A DNA stretch of 64,000 nucleotides, taken from NCBI GenBank assembly GCA_010093815.1, contig ML996590.1; one strand, 5' to 3'. Numbering within the stretch: the stretch's first letter is position 1; every line of letters begins with the position of its first letter. The notes beneath the pieces were generated by a model. That model was not told the origin of the DNA and made no database searches. It saw only the letters and a program-made list of their open reading frames with translations. A program made the translations under genes and the position numbers. Below, in pieces: positions 26,701 to 42,100 of this stretch. The DNA comes from Pseudovirgaria hyperparasitica. Its lineage: Eukaryota.

Positions 26701-28480
26701 TAATCGCCCTTCTCTTCTACCTAGGTAAGATACTAGAGACTATGGTAGCGAAGAAGATAAGTACCGCGGTATAGAAATATAATCTCCTCCCTCTAAACTA
26801 GAAGGTAAAGGTAGATAGCTCTCTAATAATAGCTATCTAATATATTATTAAAGTCGTCTAGGCCGTATAGAAATAGGGACGGGTAGTATTACTCCTCTCC
26901 CTTAATATGGCCGGAGTATTTAATAAGGTAAACCATATAAGACTTATTTATAACCTCTAGATAAGACGAATACTAGAATAGATTACACGCTTTATATAGT
27001 TATTCCTTATAGGAAGAATAACTTAGATATATATCCCTAGGTACTAGAGCGAATATAAAGAGATGGTATACGGCATCCTATAAGGGAGTACCATCTCTCT
27101 AATTCTATTCCTCTTCTTTATAGTAGACCTTCTTTAAGGAATAAAGTATATAGAGGTAGTCGAATACGCTAATAATATATACCTCCTAGCTATTAATAAT
27201 AATACTAACTGAACGTATAGACGACTAGAATAGAACTATAAGAGGTACCTCTAGTAGATAAAACGCCACGGAGTAAAGTTCGCCCCGGAGAAATACTAGC
27301 TTATATACTTTATTAACTATTAAGGGAAATAGATAACTAGGGAAGGCGAATAACGCCCCCGAATCGACGTATTTAACGAATTACTAGTATAAAGTATACG
27401 CGCGCTCGGAGTTATACTAGATAGTAAGCTTAAATAGGGACCATAAGTGGCATACGCCGTATCTAGAGCCCTCTAGATAGAAGCCGCTATACGACGGATT
27501 ATAGCCTCTATATAGGGAACCGCCCGGGATAAGGCACGCCAGCTATATATATCTATAGTATGACCCGCCTTTACGTATAGATACGAGTGCTAGTATACGG
27601 CCCTTATATAGACTAGGTGAATAAAGCTCGAATCCATATAGAACCGTATACTCCGTCTTATATTAGGTATATATAAAGCTACTAACATGGTACTACTACG
27701 ACGCGAGATAGACGTTATAAGTATATATAACTTCTACTAGATATAGAGGGTAGTATACTTTACTAAATAATAAGTATAGGAACGCATAGGAAACGTAGAA
27801 TATACTTTCGCCGCGCTACGTGTACGAATTAGTATATATTACCGTATACTTCTATATATAGGCTAGAATCGAATACGGTATAGATACTTAATAGAAGCTA
27901 ACTCTAGCTAAGTAGTATAAGAAGTCTGAGATAACCTAGACGCTCTCCTAGACTAGTAGAGCCTTTAAGAACTCGTAAAAAATATACGGTCGTAGACTTA
28001 AGATAAGTAGAAAGAGGTACTCTGTACCTACTAGACCTTCTAGTAGGATAGGTACCTAGAGTAGATTCGAGGGCCATAGAAGGAACTAAGTAAATAGATA
28101 TATAAAGGGCTAATAAAAGCCTAAGTATCTATACTTATCTAAGCCCGAACGGGCGCTATAGAACTCCTATACTATATCTATAAGAGAGGCGTTCCCGATA
28201 TCTCTCTATAGTATAAGGCGTGCGGCCGGAGAGGTATAATACGCTACTATCTAGCTATATACCCTAACCTCTATATATAACGGTAATAGCTTATCCACGT
28301 TACGAAGACTTTAGATATTATATAATAGCTTAATAAGTACCCTAAGGACGTCTCCCGATAGATGCTTATATATCTACTACTTCTCTAGTACTAGTAGACC
28401 TAGAAATATATACTAGAAGAGACCTAGTATACGCTAGTAGTAACCCGATATATACCGGAAGAACCCTAGGAGAACCCCGA

Positions 28481-28511
28481 TTATTAGTTAAGGGCAGCCC
28501 TTAACTAATAA
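28481..28511. repeat. 31-bp palindrome at LINE ORF2 end
   Basis: Read directly; loop CAG. Confidence 0.95.
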
Positions 28512-31500
28512 CCTCCGCACCTATACGTGCTACCTAAGGGTAAAATAACGGTAATATAGGCTATAGGCTAATAGGCGTACTCTATAGCTATATACTTAAG
28601 ACGAAACAGAGGTTTAACGAGATGTAGTTATAGATATAAGGAAGTTTTTCCCTATAGGGTTTCTTCTTATATAGTAGCTTAGACTAGAGGAGGCATAGGC
28701 CTATAGAGTACTACTCTACCTAGTTATATAATATTATTATTATTATTATTATACTTATAAACCCCTTTAAGTTATAGTAATTAGTTAGTAACTTAACATT
28801 ATATATAGTACCTTTAAGATAATATTACTACTACTTAAATAACTCTACTATTACTAGTAGCTCTTAGTTATAAATAGTATATCTAGTCTTGACGTCGGCT
28901 ATCTTACGTAAGAAGAACGTAACTAGATACTATTAGACCTTTTTAGACTCTATTAGTCTAGGCTAGGAGAGTATACCCGAGATTATAAATTCTAATATAT
29001 TAGTTTTAACGTGAATAGGTTTAGTTAGGTCGAAGTATACTAGTAATAGAGCGGTTATAAATGCTTCTTTAATCTTCTTAAAGGATATTCTTTCGACCTT
29101 AGTTAATTTAATAGATTATAATTTAATATTACGCTATTTCTATCTACCACGGACTATAATAGATAAGTTAGTAGTAGTAGTATATGTATTAAGTAGTGCG
29201 GCTAAACGGGAGAAGTATTTAATAAATTTTCGGTAGTAGTTAGCGAAGCTAATAAAGACACGTATATCTCGAACGGATTTTAGTTTAGACTAGTCTATAA
29301 TAGTAGTAACTCTATCTCTCTCTATAGTTATACCTTTATTAGTAATAACGAAGCTAAGAAAGTTAATATAGTTCTAATGGAACTCGCATTTAGATAGCTT
29401 AATATATAGATTATACTTTTCTAGCCTATCTAGAACTATACGTACATGCTAGATATACTCCTCCTTATTATCTAAGAAGATAAGGATATTATCTAGGTAC
29501 ACGATATATATCGTGTCGAGTAGGCCTACTAGCGCGTTATTAATATACGCTTAGAAGGTGTCTAGCGCGTTAGTTAGTCTAAAAGAGACCACGGTATACT
29601 TAAAGTATCTATAACGGGTCCTAAAAGCCGTTTTCTATTCGTCGCCTTCCTTAATACAAAGGCGATAGTAGGCGTTATATAGATTAAGCTTAGTAAAGAT
29701 CTTTATACGTTCTAGTCTATTAATAGACTCGGAGATAAGAGGTAGTAGATAACGATTCTTTCGCGTAATATTATTTAGACTATAGTAGTCGATATATAGA
29801 CGGAGGCTCCTATCCTTCTTCTTTATAAAGAGAATTAGAGCTCCGGCTAGGGATATACTAGGCCTAATCTATTCTTATATAAGGTTCTTTTTAATATATT
29901 CTTAAAGGGCTTATAACTTAGGTTCTAAAAGAGAGTAGATGGGTCTATATAGAGGTTACTAGCCGTCTTTAAGATTAATAGTAAGGTCGGTAGATTAGTA
30001 TTAAGGTAGTTTAGAGAAATTAATCGCTAACACGATATATTAGTATATTTTATACTAATATAGTAGGTTTTTATCTACTTTAATACTAAGCTCGCTATTT
30101 TACGTAAGTAAGAGTACGTAGATAGTAGAGATTACCTTCTTATAATCTTTCTAGAATTATTTATTATTAATAAGCTATACTAGTTCCTATTAAGGTAGGT
30201 TTATACGCTAGCTAGCTATCTTCTTAAGGAAGTCTAGTTTTAGATTATATTTCTTAAGCTATAGTATACCTAGGATTATATTAAAGGGACTATCTACTAT
30301 AATAAAGGTTAAGTAGTAGAGTTTCTATTTCCCTCCGCTATCCTAGATACTATATTTAATAGTATAGATACCGTATAACTTAATAGAACCGTTAATACCA
30401 TGGAATATAGTATCTATTAGAGCTTAGATATTAGCGTTAAGTTCTTATACTCGTTAGGTTAATATAACGTTAGTAGCCGACCTACTATTAAGTATTATAG
30501 TCTAATATTATCCACGAGGGACCTCGATAGATCTAGCCTATAGTTTAATATACTATTTAGCGGATTATCCCTCTATTATAGTCGCGTCTATAAGTCGCGA
30601 GGGTTTCTCGTAGGCTATTAGTTTTTTATATTCTATACTAGGTAGTTAGGCGCGATGTGTTCTAGCTACTAGCACTTATAGTATATAACTAGTTAGTTAG
30701 TTATATTAGTACTTAGTAGCTTCCCTAAACGGTACTTAGATACTATATAGTCTATTCTACTATAGGTATAGTAAGTAACTTTAGGTTATTTATATAAGTC
30801 GGTCCTTATATCTTAATATATTAATTAGTAGAGAGATTCACGATATAATCCGCGTGGTTTTAAATTTAAGATATAGTAGTAGCCTTATAACGTCCCGCGA
30901 GATCTATTACTAAATTAGTTTTAGTTAGACGATTTTATATTAGATTAGATTATTAGAGATAGTCATGTACTAGCACGGTATTAATTATTTATTATATGCT
31001 AGTATCGCTCCGCGAGGTTTATAAGAGCTTAGAGGTCTATAGAGATTATCGTTATAAGGTTAAGACGGTTCTTTATATTTAGGGCGAGGGACCGTTTAAA
31101 GTCGTTATACTATTAAATTATATAATCTTCTTTAGCTTCTCTTTAGAGGGGCCGAAGGTATTTAAGGAGTTATAATAGTAACTAATTATCTCGTTATCGA
31201 GTCTTAAAGATATAGCCCTAGGCCTAGTCGCGTCGTTTAGCCCTATTACTAAAATATTAGAGGAGAAATTTAGTAAACGTGTCCTAGTTATAGGCATCCT
31301 TAGAATATTTAATTTAGTATACTATCTAACGTTCTAAAGGCGTCGGGTCGAGATAGTTCTAGGCGAATCTAATTTTATTACTATCGTTCGTGAATAGATA
31401 GAAGAATCGGCTATATTAGTAAGTCTATACATGGAAACTCTTTCTACTTTTACCATTAAAGTAAGGTAGTTTCTTAGGTTAGGGTAATTAGGATAGTAGT

Positions 31501-32799
31501 AGACTAGGATAGATCGTTTTAGTTAGTATAGGTCTATATAAATATAGATTAGTCGTTACTAGAACTAAAGCGTATAATATAGCTTTAAGTCTCGTAGTAT
31601 ATCCTTAAGCTTCGTCGAGTTCGCGTAGTTATTACTCGAGTTAAATATATTATTACCTCTCTTTATATAGTCTAGTATATACGTTATTATACGGTATAGT
31701 TAATATTAGGCGATTCTAATAGATTAACTCGTTAACGTTAATAAGGTCTAGCCTTATATTAAGGTTAGGTCTAGTATAGTTTAAACTAGACTAAGATAGA
31801 GTATAATAGACTCTATCCTCGTGTTCTATAATATCTTCTATAGTTATATAGAATATCATGCGAGTTATTAGTGCGATAGTCTATAAGGTATAGTTATTAG
31901 TAGGGGTAGTTATAGATAGACTATTCTTCTTATTTAGGTTAGGAGAAGGTCTACTATAAGAGGCGGTACCACGAGTATTATAACGAGTGGTTAGAGCCAT
32001 TTCTATAAACTACCGTCGTGCTATATAAAGAGGAATTAAAATATAAGGATTATAGACGTAGAATAGTAGTCTAATAGATTATAGGAGGATTCGGGAATAT
32101 ATTTAAAAGGGTAGTCTACTCTTCTAACGAGGTTAATTTCTAAAGAGTAGGAATTAAGTGTGTACGGCCTACTTATATAGTGGTCTCGCTTATTCTAGCT
32201 AGCTTAACCTAGGTCCACCTATTACGGACCGTACTAGACCATAGTAGTCTAGTTAAGTCTATCCTAGTGTTAGCCCTAACATTAGCTAAGAAAAGATAAT
32301 AGTATATATAAATAGTTATAGATCTCTATAGCTATACTAATACTATAAATAGATTAAATAGATATAAAAGAAATAAGAGTAATAAGAATAGTTCTAAATT
32401 ATATATTTAAATACTCTAATAGCTAATTTAACGCTCTTCTTGAGATTTATAATAGACTTTAGATAGTTACTATAAATCTAAAGGTAATTAAAGCTATTCT
32501 TACGTAAGAACCTAAGAGATATAGAGCTATATTATAATAATACTATTAATACTTCTACTAACACCTAGGAACTAACTTAGTATAGTATCTATATAATTAT
32601 CTAATGGAAGCTAGCTTACTAAAGTAAGTACTATAACGAAACTTATTACTTTAAATTACCCCTAGTAGCTATTATAGAAAGTAATAAGAAGATAGATAAC
32701 GGTAAGAACTACGGACTAAAGGTCCTATATATATAGCCGTAGATTCTATAAAGTAGCTAGTAATAATTAATCTTATACTTAACTAAGATATAATAACTC

Positions 32800-35762
32800 T
32801 ATCTTCAATAAGAATAGTATACTTAGAAATAGAACCTTTAGATTTAGTCTTAATAGGAGAATACTAATAACTATAATTAGATATAGCGGAACTAGAATAA
32901 TATAACTTAATTCTAGAAATACTATAGCTTAAAGAAGTTAACCCTATAATTAATTAGAAAACTAAGGAAATTATACTATAGAGAATATTAAAACTCTTAG
33001 AAACTATTAAAGAGAAGTTAGAGATTAATAAATCTATTAAGGCGCTAATAACTAGAAATTCTATCTACTATATTTAAAGACTTAATAATAAGTAAGATAA
33101 CGTAGAAAGCGGACCCTTATATAAGAAATATATAGTATAATAAGATATATCTATAGATAAATAGATTTAAAAAATAAATAATATATTTATACTAGAAAAA
33201 TATTACTAATATTATATTATATTTAAAGAAGAACTTAAGATAGAACTACTAAAGTATAGTCTATATAATTATATAATAATCCTCTAACTAGGAATATTAT
33301 CTATATTTAAAAGTATATATTAACTAACTAAAAAATAATTAGAAATAATATAATAATATATTAAGAAAATAGAAGTAAAAGAATATATCTAACTATCTAA
33401 ATTATCTATAGAATATCTAATACTCTTTATACTAAAGAAAGATAGAAGTAAATAACTCTATATAGACTATTAATACTTAAATAATATTACTATTAAAAAC
33501 TAATACTCTTTACTCTAAATTAATAAGCTATAGAACTAACTTATAGAAGCTAAGTACTTTACTATAATAGACTTAAGAGAAGTCTATAATCTTATATATA
33601 TAGTAGAAGAAGCTAAATAGAAAATACCTTTTAGACTTAATATAGATACTATAAATATCTAATAATACTATTTAGACTAACTAATATACTAGCTATATTT
33701 TAGATACTAATTAATAATATATTAAGAGAATATATTAATTACTTTATAATAGTCTATCTAGATAATATATTAATTTACTTAAAGAATCTATTAGAATATA
33801 GAGAATATATATCTAAGATACTTTAGATATTATAAATAGTAAATCTACTAGTAGAATTAAAGAAGAGTATCTTTTATATATAGAAAGTTATATTTCTAGA
33901 ATTTAAAATTATATTTAGAGGAATATAAATAGATCTAAAGAAGATTAAAACTATTAAAAATTAGAAGTAATCTAAAATTATTAAGGAAATCTAAGGACTT
34001 ACTAGATTTATAAACTTTTATAGGAAATTTATATATAACTATTCTATAAAAATAGCTCTACTATATAAACTTATAAAAAAGAATATAATATTTAAATAGA
34101 GACTAAAGTAAGAATAAATATTCTAGTAATTAAAGAAGTCTATTATAACTAAACTAATATTAAAGATATATTTAATAGAAAAACTATATAAAGTAGAGAT
34201 AGATATATTAGAATTTACTATTAGAGAGTATTAATCTAGATAGATAGATAAGGGAAAAGATACTCTATAGTATTTTATTTCTAAAAGTTTTAAGAATTAG
34301 AAATAAACTAGCTAATCTATAAAAAGAAACTCTATATAATTATTAAATATCTTAAGAAATAGAGAAGCTATCTCTATAGATAAGATTATATAATAAAAAT
34401 ATAGACTAACTATAAGAACGTTACTACTTTTACTATAATAAAGAAACTATAAAAGAAGTAAATTAGTTAGTATAAGATTCTTATAGAATTTAATATCTAG
34501 ATTATATACTATAAAGAATCTAAGAATAGAATAGCTAATACTCTTAGTAGATAGATAGAATATAAGTAAAAGAAACCTACTATAGTATAAGCTATATTAG
34601 AGATAACTAAAGATAGAAACCTCTAACTAATATAATATATTATAATAATATAAAAGAAATTTATATTTAAAGACCCTAAGGGAAGAAGTATAATCTCTAG
34701 AGATAAGATCTACTACTTTATTAAGGAATTTTATAAAGATCTAATATATAGATACTAAGAAGAAATAAAAACCTATAAAAGATTTAAAAGATACTATATA
34801 ATCTATAAGAAAAGATAAATTATTAAGAAAGTTATATAAAACTATATTCTATATTATAAAAGCTAATCTAGTAGATGAAAGCTCTATAGAGAACTCTAAC
34901 TAATTCCCCTACTATTATATACTTAGAAAATAATCTCTATAGACTTTATAATAGATCTACTACTCTTAAGAGAACTAGTCTTATAAATATAGTATAATAC
35001 TATACTAGTAAGAGTTAATAAACTTATAAAGTATACTTACTTTATACTATATTAAAAGAATATAGATATAGAAGAAATAGTATATATATTTCTATAAGTA
35101 GTTATAGTAAACTATAGATTATCTAATAGTATTATATTAGATAGAGATAAGCTCTTTATATTAAACTTTTAGAAAAGCCTAGTATAATAACTTAGAATAA
35201 GCTACTAACTATTAATAGTTAATTATCTATAGATAGATAGATAAATAGAGATTCTAAATAGAATACTAGAATAATATCTTTAATACTATATTAATAAATA
35301 ATAAGATAACTAGATAGAACTACTACTACTACTAGCTTACTTTATCTATAATAATATAATAACCTTAATAACTAAAACTTTACTATTCTATATGAATTAT
35401 AGATTTAACTCTATAACTAGCTATAATTATAAACTAGAATAATTAGTACTAAAAGTAATAATTAAGGTAGAATAACTATATAAGCTATACTTAGAACTAT
35501 AAACTAAACTTTCCTTTATTAATAAAAGAATAGTAAAATATATAAATTAGAAAAGAATAAAGAGACTATCTCTAAGAGAGAGAGACCTAATATTTCTTAT
35601 ATAAAAATATTAAGATATAACAACTAAATAATAAATTAGACTTTAAGAAGATTAGACCTTTCTAAATAAAATAAAAAATTTTAGAAGTTAATTATAAACT
35701 ATCTTTACCTTAGAATATAAGAATATACCTAGTATTCTCTATCTTATTACTAGAACTAGTAC
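32800..35762 (+). mobile_element. Ty3/Gypsy family D pol fragment (protease C-half, RT, RNaseH, integrase), very heavily RIPed, truncated
   Basis: De-RIP motifs DLILGMPWLKEVNPIIDW, LCVDY, VYLDDILIY, ADALSR, ISMDFI, QTDGQTE, HPVFxISLLEP. No matching LTR pair found. Confidence 0.82.
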
Positions 35763-35764
35763 TA

Positions 35765-36085
35765 TATCATTAAGGGTAGACCCTAGATATACTTAACGCT
35801 AGTATACTACGTCTATACTACTACTCTCTCCTTACTTAATAAGACTAAGTAAGTCTCTTTTTAATAGTATACTCTATTCTATATCTTAAGAAAGCTAAGT
35901 AGACTCTAGCTTTCTCTCTTATTAAACTTACTATATTCTATAAATACTCTTGTATCTATATATATATTATATTTCTATAATATTAAGTTTAATTCTATTT
36001 TACTCTTTAAGTATTTTACTATAGACTTTAGAGATAATATATAGAGTAATACTAGGGGTAAGCCGGGCTAAGATCTAGGTCTAAA
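35765..36085 (+). repeat. Probable 5' LTR/leader of Gypsy family C
   Basis: Non-coding segment that interrupts the D integrase and precedes the C gag once the LINE is removed. No partner LTR seen. Confidence 0.35.
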
Positions 36086-36097
36086 TATAGAGTTATA

Positions 36098-39000
36098 GAA
36101 TCTATACTTAACCTTACCCTAACTACGGAATATATAAGCTATAGAGTATAATACTACCGCCGTAGTAAGACGTAGATAGACTCTAACTACGAGTATATAG
36201 AGACCGCGATAGATATATCTATATTTAATAAATAATAGAGGAGATAGCTCTAGAAAGATACTAACTAGAAGAAATATAGAGAAGACCTAGAATTAGTAAT
36301 TCTAGATCTCTCTATAGTTAACGTATCTAATATCCCGGCTATAGATAGAGCTATATAAGTCCTTCTTTAAGTCTTCTAAGACTTAAGAGATAAATATATA
36401 CTATATTAAATATATAAGCCCCTAGATATAAAGAGTATATCTTAAATATATAAAAGTAGATAGGAAGCCTAGAGACTATATATTCGTATATACTATATCT
36501 AGATAGCTAAGGCATAGAAGAAATAGAAAGAGATAATCTAATCTTATAATAGAACCCTCTATAATAAATAATATAAATACTAGTATATAATTACTAATAA
36601 ATATACACGCTAGGCTATAGAGCTATAGTATATAGTAAAGTAGGCTAAGAGCGTGGACGTGCCGACGCTACTACTACTAATACCTTCTCTAATATACTAG
36701 AGGAGAATATATACTATAAGTTCTAAAAAGATAGAGATTCTCTAAAAGATTATATTTCCCCCCCTAGAGCTAGTAGACCTATTAGATATTAATAATACTA
36801 TATATCTAGATATAGTTAATATCTCTATAGAGATTATAGAAGAGAATATACTTAATACTATTAAAGTACTTCCGAATAATAAAGTGCCTAGACTAGATAG
36901 AATACTAAATAGATATCTTAAATATACTATATAGGTAACTCTACTACTTATTAGTCTTATCTTCTAGATATATACTAAGAATAGATACTATCTCTAAAGC
37001 TTCTAGACTACTTATACTATTATACTTCTAAAGCTAGAGAAGAATTCTAACTCTCTAAAAGGATAGAGACTAATTACCCTTCTCTTCTATCTTAGTAAGA
37101 TATTTAAGACTATAATTATAAAGAAGATAAGTACTATAGTATAAGAATATAATCTTCTTCTAGTAAACTAGAAGATAAAGATAGAGAGCTCTCTAATTAC
37201 TACTATCTAATATATTCTTAAAGTTATTTAGACTATATAGAAGTAGAGATATATAGTAATATTACTCTCTCTTAATATAGCTAGTATATTTAATAAGGTA
37301 AACTATATAAGACTTATCTATAATCTATAGAAGAGATATATACCCGAATAGATTATAAAGTTTATATAGTTCTTCCTTACTAAAAGAATTACCTAGATAT
37401 ATATCTCTAGATATTAAAGTAAATATAAGAAGATAATATATAGTATTCTATAAGAAAGTACTATCTCTCTAATTCCCTTTCTCTTCTTTACTATAGACCT
37501 TCTATAGAGAATATAATATATAGAGATAGTAGAATATACTAATAATATATACCTTCTAGCTATTAATAATAATACTAGTTTAATATATAAATACCGTAAA
37601 TAAGACTATAAGAGGTATATCTAGTAGATAAAGCGCTATAGAGTAAAGTTAGCCCCTAAGAAATACTAACTTATATACTTTATTAACTACTATAGAAGAT
37701 AGACTACTAGAGAAGAAGAGTAATATTCTATAATAGATACTTTCTCTAAACTACTAACATAGAGTATATATATACTTAGTATTATAATTAATAATAAACT
37801 TAAATAGGGTCTATAGATTACTTATACTATATCTAGGGCTCTTAAGATAGAAGCTACTATATACTAGATTACGGCCTCTATATAGGGAACCGCCTAGAAT
37901 AAGATATACTAGCTATATATCTCTATAGTAAGACCCGCCTTTATATATAGATATAAGTACTAGTATATAGCCTTTATATAAGCTAGGTAAATAAAGCTTA
38001 AGTCTATATAGAACTATATACTCTATCTTATATTAGAAGTATATAAAGCTACTAATATAGTACTACTATAACACGAGATAAATATAATAAGTATATAGAA
38101 CTTCTACTAGATATAGAGAGTAATATACTTTACTAAATAATAAGTATAGAAACACGTAGAATATATAGAATATACCTTTACCACGCTATATATATAAGTT
38201 AGTATCTACTATTAAGTACTACTATATATAGACTAGACTTAAATATAATATAAGTATCTAATAGAGATAGACTTAAACTAAATTATATAAGAGATTAGAG
38301 ATAATCTAGATACCTCTCTAGACTAGTAGAACCCTTAGAAGCTTATACGGGCTATATAGTTATAGACCTAGAATAAATAGAAGAAAGTCCTCTAAATCTA
38401 TTAGATATTCTAATAGAATAGATATCTAGAATAGATTTAAGGACTATAGAAGAAACTAAGTAAATAGATATATAAAGGGCTTATAAAAGTCTAAGTATCT
38501 ATTCTTCTCTAAGCCTAAATAGAAGCTATAGAACTTCTATACTATCTATATTAGAGGGGTATCCTAGATATATCTTTATAGTATAAAGTATATAGCTAGA
38601 GAGATATAATATAGTACTATCTCTCGATATATCTAGACCTCTATATATAGAGATAGTTACTTATCTATATAATAAGAATCTCTAATATTATATATTAGCT
38701 TAATAAGTACCCTAAGAAGATCGCCTAGTAAATACTTATATATCTCTCTCTCTCTTAGTACTAATAGACCTAGATATATATACTAGAAGAGACTAGATAT
38801 ATACTAGATAGACCCTAGTATACGCCGGAAGAACCCTAGAAGAACTCTAATTATTAGTTAAGGGTAACCCTTAACTAATAACCCCTATACTATATATATA
38901 CTATCTAAGAATAAAATAATAGTACTATAGATTATAGGTCTATAGATATTTCTAATAACTATATACTTAAGATAATATAAAGATTTAATAAGATATAGTT

Positions 39001-39125
39001 ATAGAGAGAAGGAAGCTTTTCCTTTTATAAAGGTTTCTTCTTATATAATAGCTTAGACTAGAGAAGATATATACCTATAGAGTAAACTACTCTATCTAGT
39101 TATATAATATTATTATTATTATTAT
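36098..39125 (+). mobile_element. 5'-truncated Tad1-like LINE, copy 3
   Basis: Homologous to ~25730-28750; TSD TATAGAGTTATA (36086-36097/39126-39137); palindrome at 38851-38881; (ATT)n tail. Confidence 0.92.
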
Positions 39126-39137
39126 TATAGAGTTATA

Positions 39138-42100
39138 AAGCTCTAAAGAGACTATCTTTAATCTACTATAATACTAGAAGCTCTTAAATAAGAGATTCTT
39201 ACTATAAGAAATAAAGTCTTCTAGAATTAATTAAGTTCTACTATAAATAAACTACTAAAGTCTCTACTTAAAAAAATAATTATAACTCTATAAACTAACT
39301 AAAAACTATTAGAACCTAGAGACTAGAAACTACCCTTCTAGAATAGTAAAGTAGCTACCTTTAAAGACTATCTATTATAGTTATATAGCTTCTATAAGAT
39401 ATAATCTATACTTAAGCTAAAGCTATCTCTAGAATACTACTAGAATACTATCTATAATACTCTACTAGTATATAAGAGAAACTAAATATAATACTTCTAG
39501 AAAGGGGGGAACTCTATAAAAGATAAGGACTCTAAAGTCTTCTTTATATAACTTAAGTATATATTTATAGATAGTAATAAGAAGGCTTAGACCTTAGAAA
39601 AGCTTTTATTACTTAAATATATAGATAGCTAATCTTAGTATAAATACTAACTTAAATTTAATAGACTTCTACTAAGTACTAGTAGAGATAACTAGAAAGA
39701 TAGTATAAAAATTAGCTATCTCTAAAATACCTTCTTAAACTCTACTTATATATATATAGTCTCTATACTAAGAATTATAGACTACTATAGCTTTATAGAA
39801 GAGATTAAGAGAATTATAATAAACTTAGAAGATACTAAGTAGTTTAAGATAGCTAATAAGAAATAGAAAAAGAATATAGTTACTATAATAAGAAGTATAG
39901 TAGCTCTAAGATTATATAAGTATTATACTATACCTAAAAAGAATAAGAATAGATATACTATTATAGACTCTATATATATAAGTAGAGACTAGAAGAAAGA
40001 ATCTAGATTCTACTATAAGATAGAGAAGATACTAAAGATAAAGTAGATTAACTAAGTAGAAAGAGATAGATATAGAAAAGAAGGGCTCTACTTCTATTAT
40101 AGAGTATTAGAATACTAGATTAAAGACTATCTATATACTATTCTCTTCTTAATCTCTAAAAGAATTATAAAGATTAATTAAGTTAAAATTATACCTCTAT
40201 TAAAGATTAAAGATAATCTTATAGATTCTAGTAATAAGTACTTAGAAAATATATAACTCTCTCTTAAAGTTAAGAATAGAAAGTAGAGAATATACTAGTA
40301 GATAGATAGACTAAGTTCTAAAGTATAATAGATAGAAACCTTATATATATAGATATAGTCCTCTAAAAAAGCTATTAGAACTTTTATACTTATTAATAAA
40401 GGCTACTAGTACTATACTATAATTTAAGAAGACTTAATAGAAGGTCTAGAACTTCCCTATATAAATTATAGAAAGTATATAATTAAGGGAGTAATAGATA
40501 CTATATATAACTCTAAAATTTAGAGAGTTATTATATTTTATATAGAGATATATAATTATAAATAAGATATCTATATCTATATAGTATCTAACTTAGTCTT
40601 TCTACTTATTCTTAGAAACTCTTAGAAAGTATATAATAAGATAAGAACTATATCTAATAAATAATAGTACTACTATAGCTAAGTAAAGTAATAGATAGAT
40701 AAAGATCTTAACTACTATAAGCTAGAGACCGCTAAAGAATAGATAAATCTAGTAAAAGAATATAAGAACTCTAAAGGGACCCTTATAGTAAATATAGTAT
40801 CTATAGAGAATATCTATAAGATACTAGAGAAGAAGAAAGAGCTATTACTAGAATAGATATAGAAAATACTATCTCTATAGCTTTAGAATATAGCTCTACT
40901 ATTTTCTAAGAGAGAAGTAGATAAACTTATATTATACTAACTAGATATTAACTATAAAATTAAGATATATAAGAAAGTAGATAGAATACTAATAGACTTA
41001 CTATAGAGATAGCTATTTAGTATAGTAAAAGATAAGCTTCTTGTACTAGTTAAACTTCTAAGAGATCTTCTAGTAAAAGGGCTTATTTAGTATACTATAT
41101 TAGAAGCTATAGTCTCTATATTATTTATAAGAAAGTCTAGTAGAGAACTCTAGTTCTATTATAACTACTATATCTTAAATACTATTACTAAGTCTAACTA
41201 GTATCCCTTACTACTAATACTAGAGACTCTCTAAAATCTAATAGATACTAAGTAGTTAACTAAGATAGATATAGTTACCGCCTTCTACTAGACTAGTATA
41301 GCCCCTAGCTATAAATATAAGATAGTATTTAAAATATAGTTAGGGTTACTTAAATAGATAGTATATCTATTTAGATTATTAGGGGCTCTAGTAATCTTCT
41401 AATAGTATATTAACTCCTTACTATAAGAATAGCTAGATAACTTTACTTTAGTCTATATAGATAATATAATTATTTACTTAAATAGATTAAAGAAAGACTA
41501 CTTTAGTAAGATATATATTATTCTCTAGAAGCTCTAGAATAGAGATCTCTATCTAGATTCTAGGAAAAGTAAGTTTACTTATAAGAAGATTAAATATCTT
41601 AGATTTATTATATATACTAATAGAAAAGATATAGACTCTAATCTAAAGAAGCTAGAAGTAGTAAAAGACTAGTAGAAGCTAAATACCTAGAAGAAAGTAT
41701 AATAGTTTCTTAGGTTCTATAACTACTACTAGATATTTATTATAAACTATTCTAAACTAGCTAGACCTCTTATAGCGCTTACTAATAAGAATACTCTATT
41801 CTTCTAGAGAAAGAATAAGAATAAGTTATTCTAGACTCTAAAGAAAAAGTTCTTAGAGACTCTAGTTATAGTATACTAGAACCCTTATTAGAAGATATTA
41901 CTTAAAATAGACTATAGTAGATTTATACTTAGAGAGATACTACTTTAGAAAAATAAAGGAACTCTTAGATCTATTAGATTTTTCTTATAGAAGCTAAATA
42001 AAGTAGAGATTAACTATAATATCTATAATAAGAAGATACTTACTATAATCTTCTACTTAAAGTTCTAGAACCCTAAGTTAAAAGTATATAGTCCCTTTAC

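Larger units (their letters stand above)
23459..28750 (+). mobile_element. Tad1-like LINE, full length, copy 2
   Basis: TSD ATACTTATAAACC (23446-23458/28751-28763); the empty site is present in B copy 2 (~50196-50208). ORF1 ~23738-25190 with CCHC knuckles, ORF2 ~25200-28490 (APE, RT, C-terminal CCHC), (ATT)n tail. Confidence 0.93.
18966..32281 (-). mobile_element. Ty3/Gypsy family B, copy 1, full length, interrupted by a LINE
   Basis: 240-bp LTRs 18966-19205 and 32042-32281; TSD TTAGC (18961-18965/32282-32286); PPT at ~19206-19220. gag/PR/RT/RH at ~32000-28764; RH end and integrase at 23458-~21457. Confidence 0.93.
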
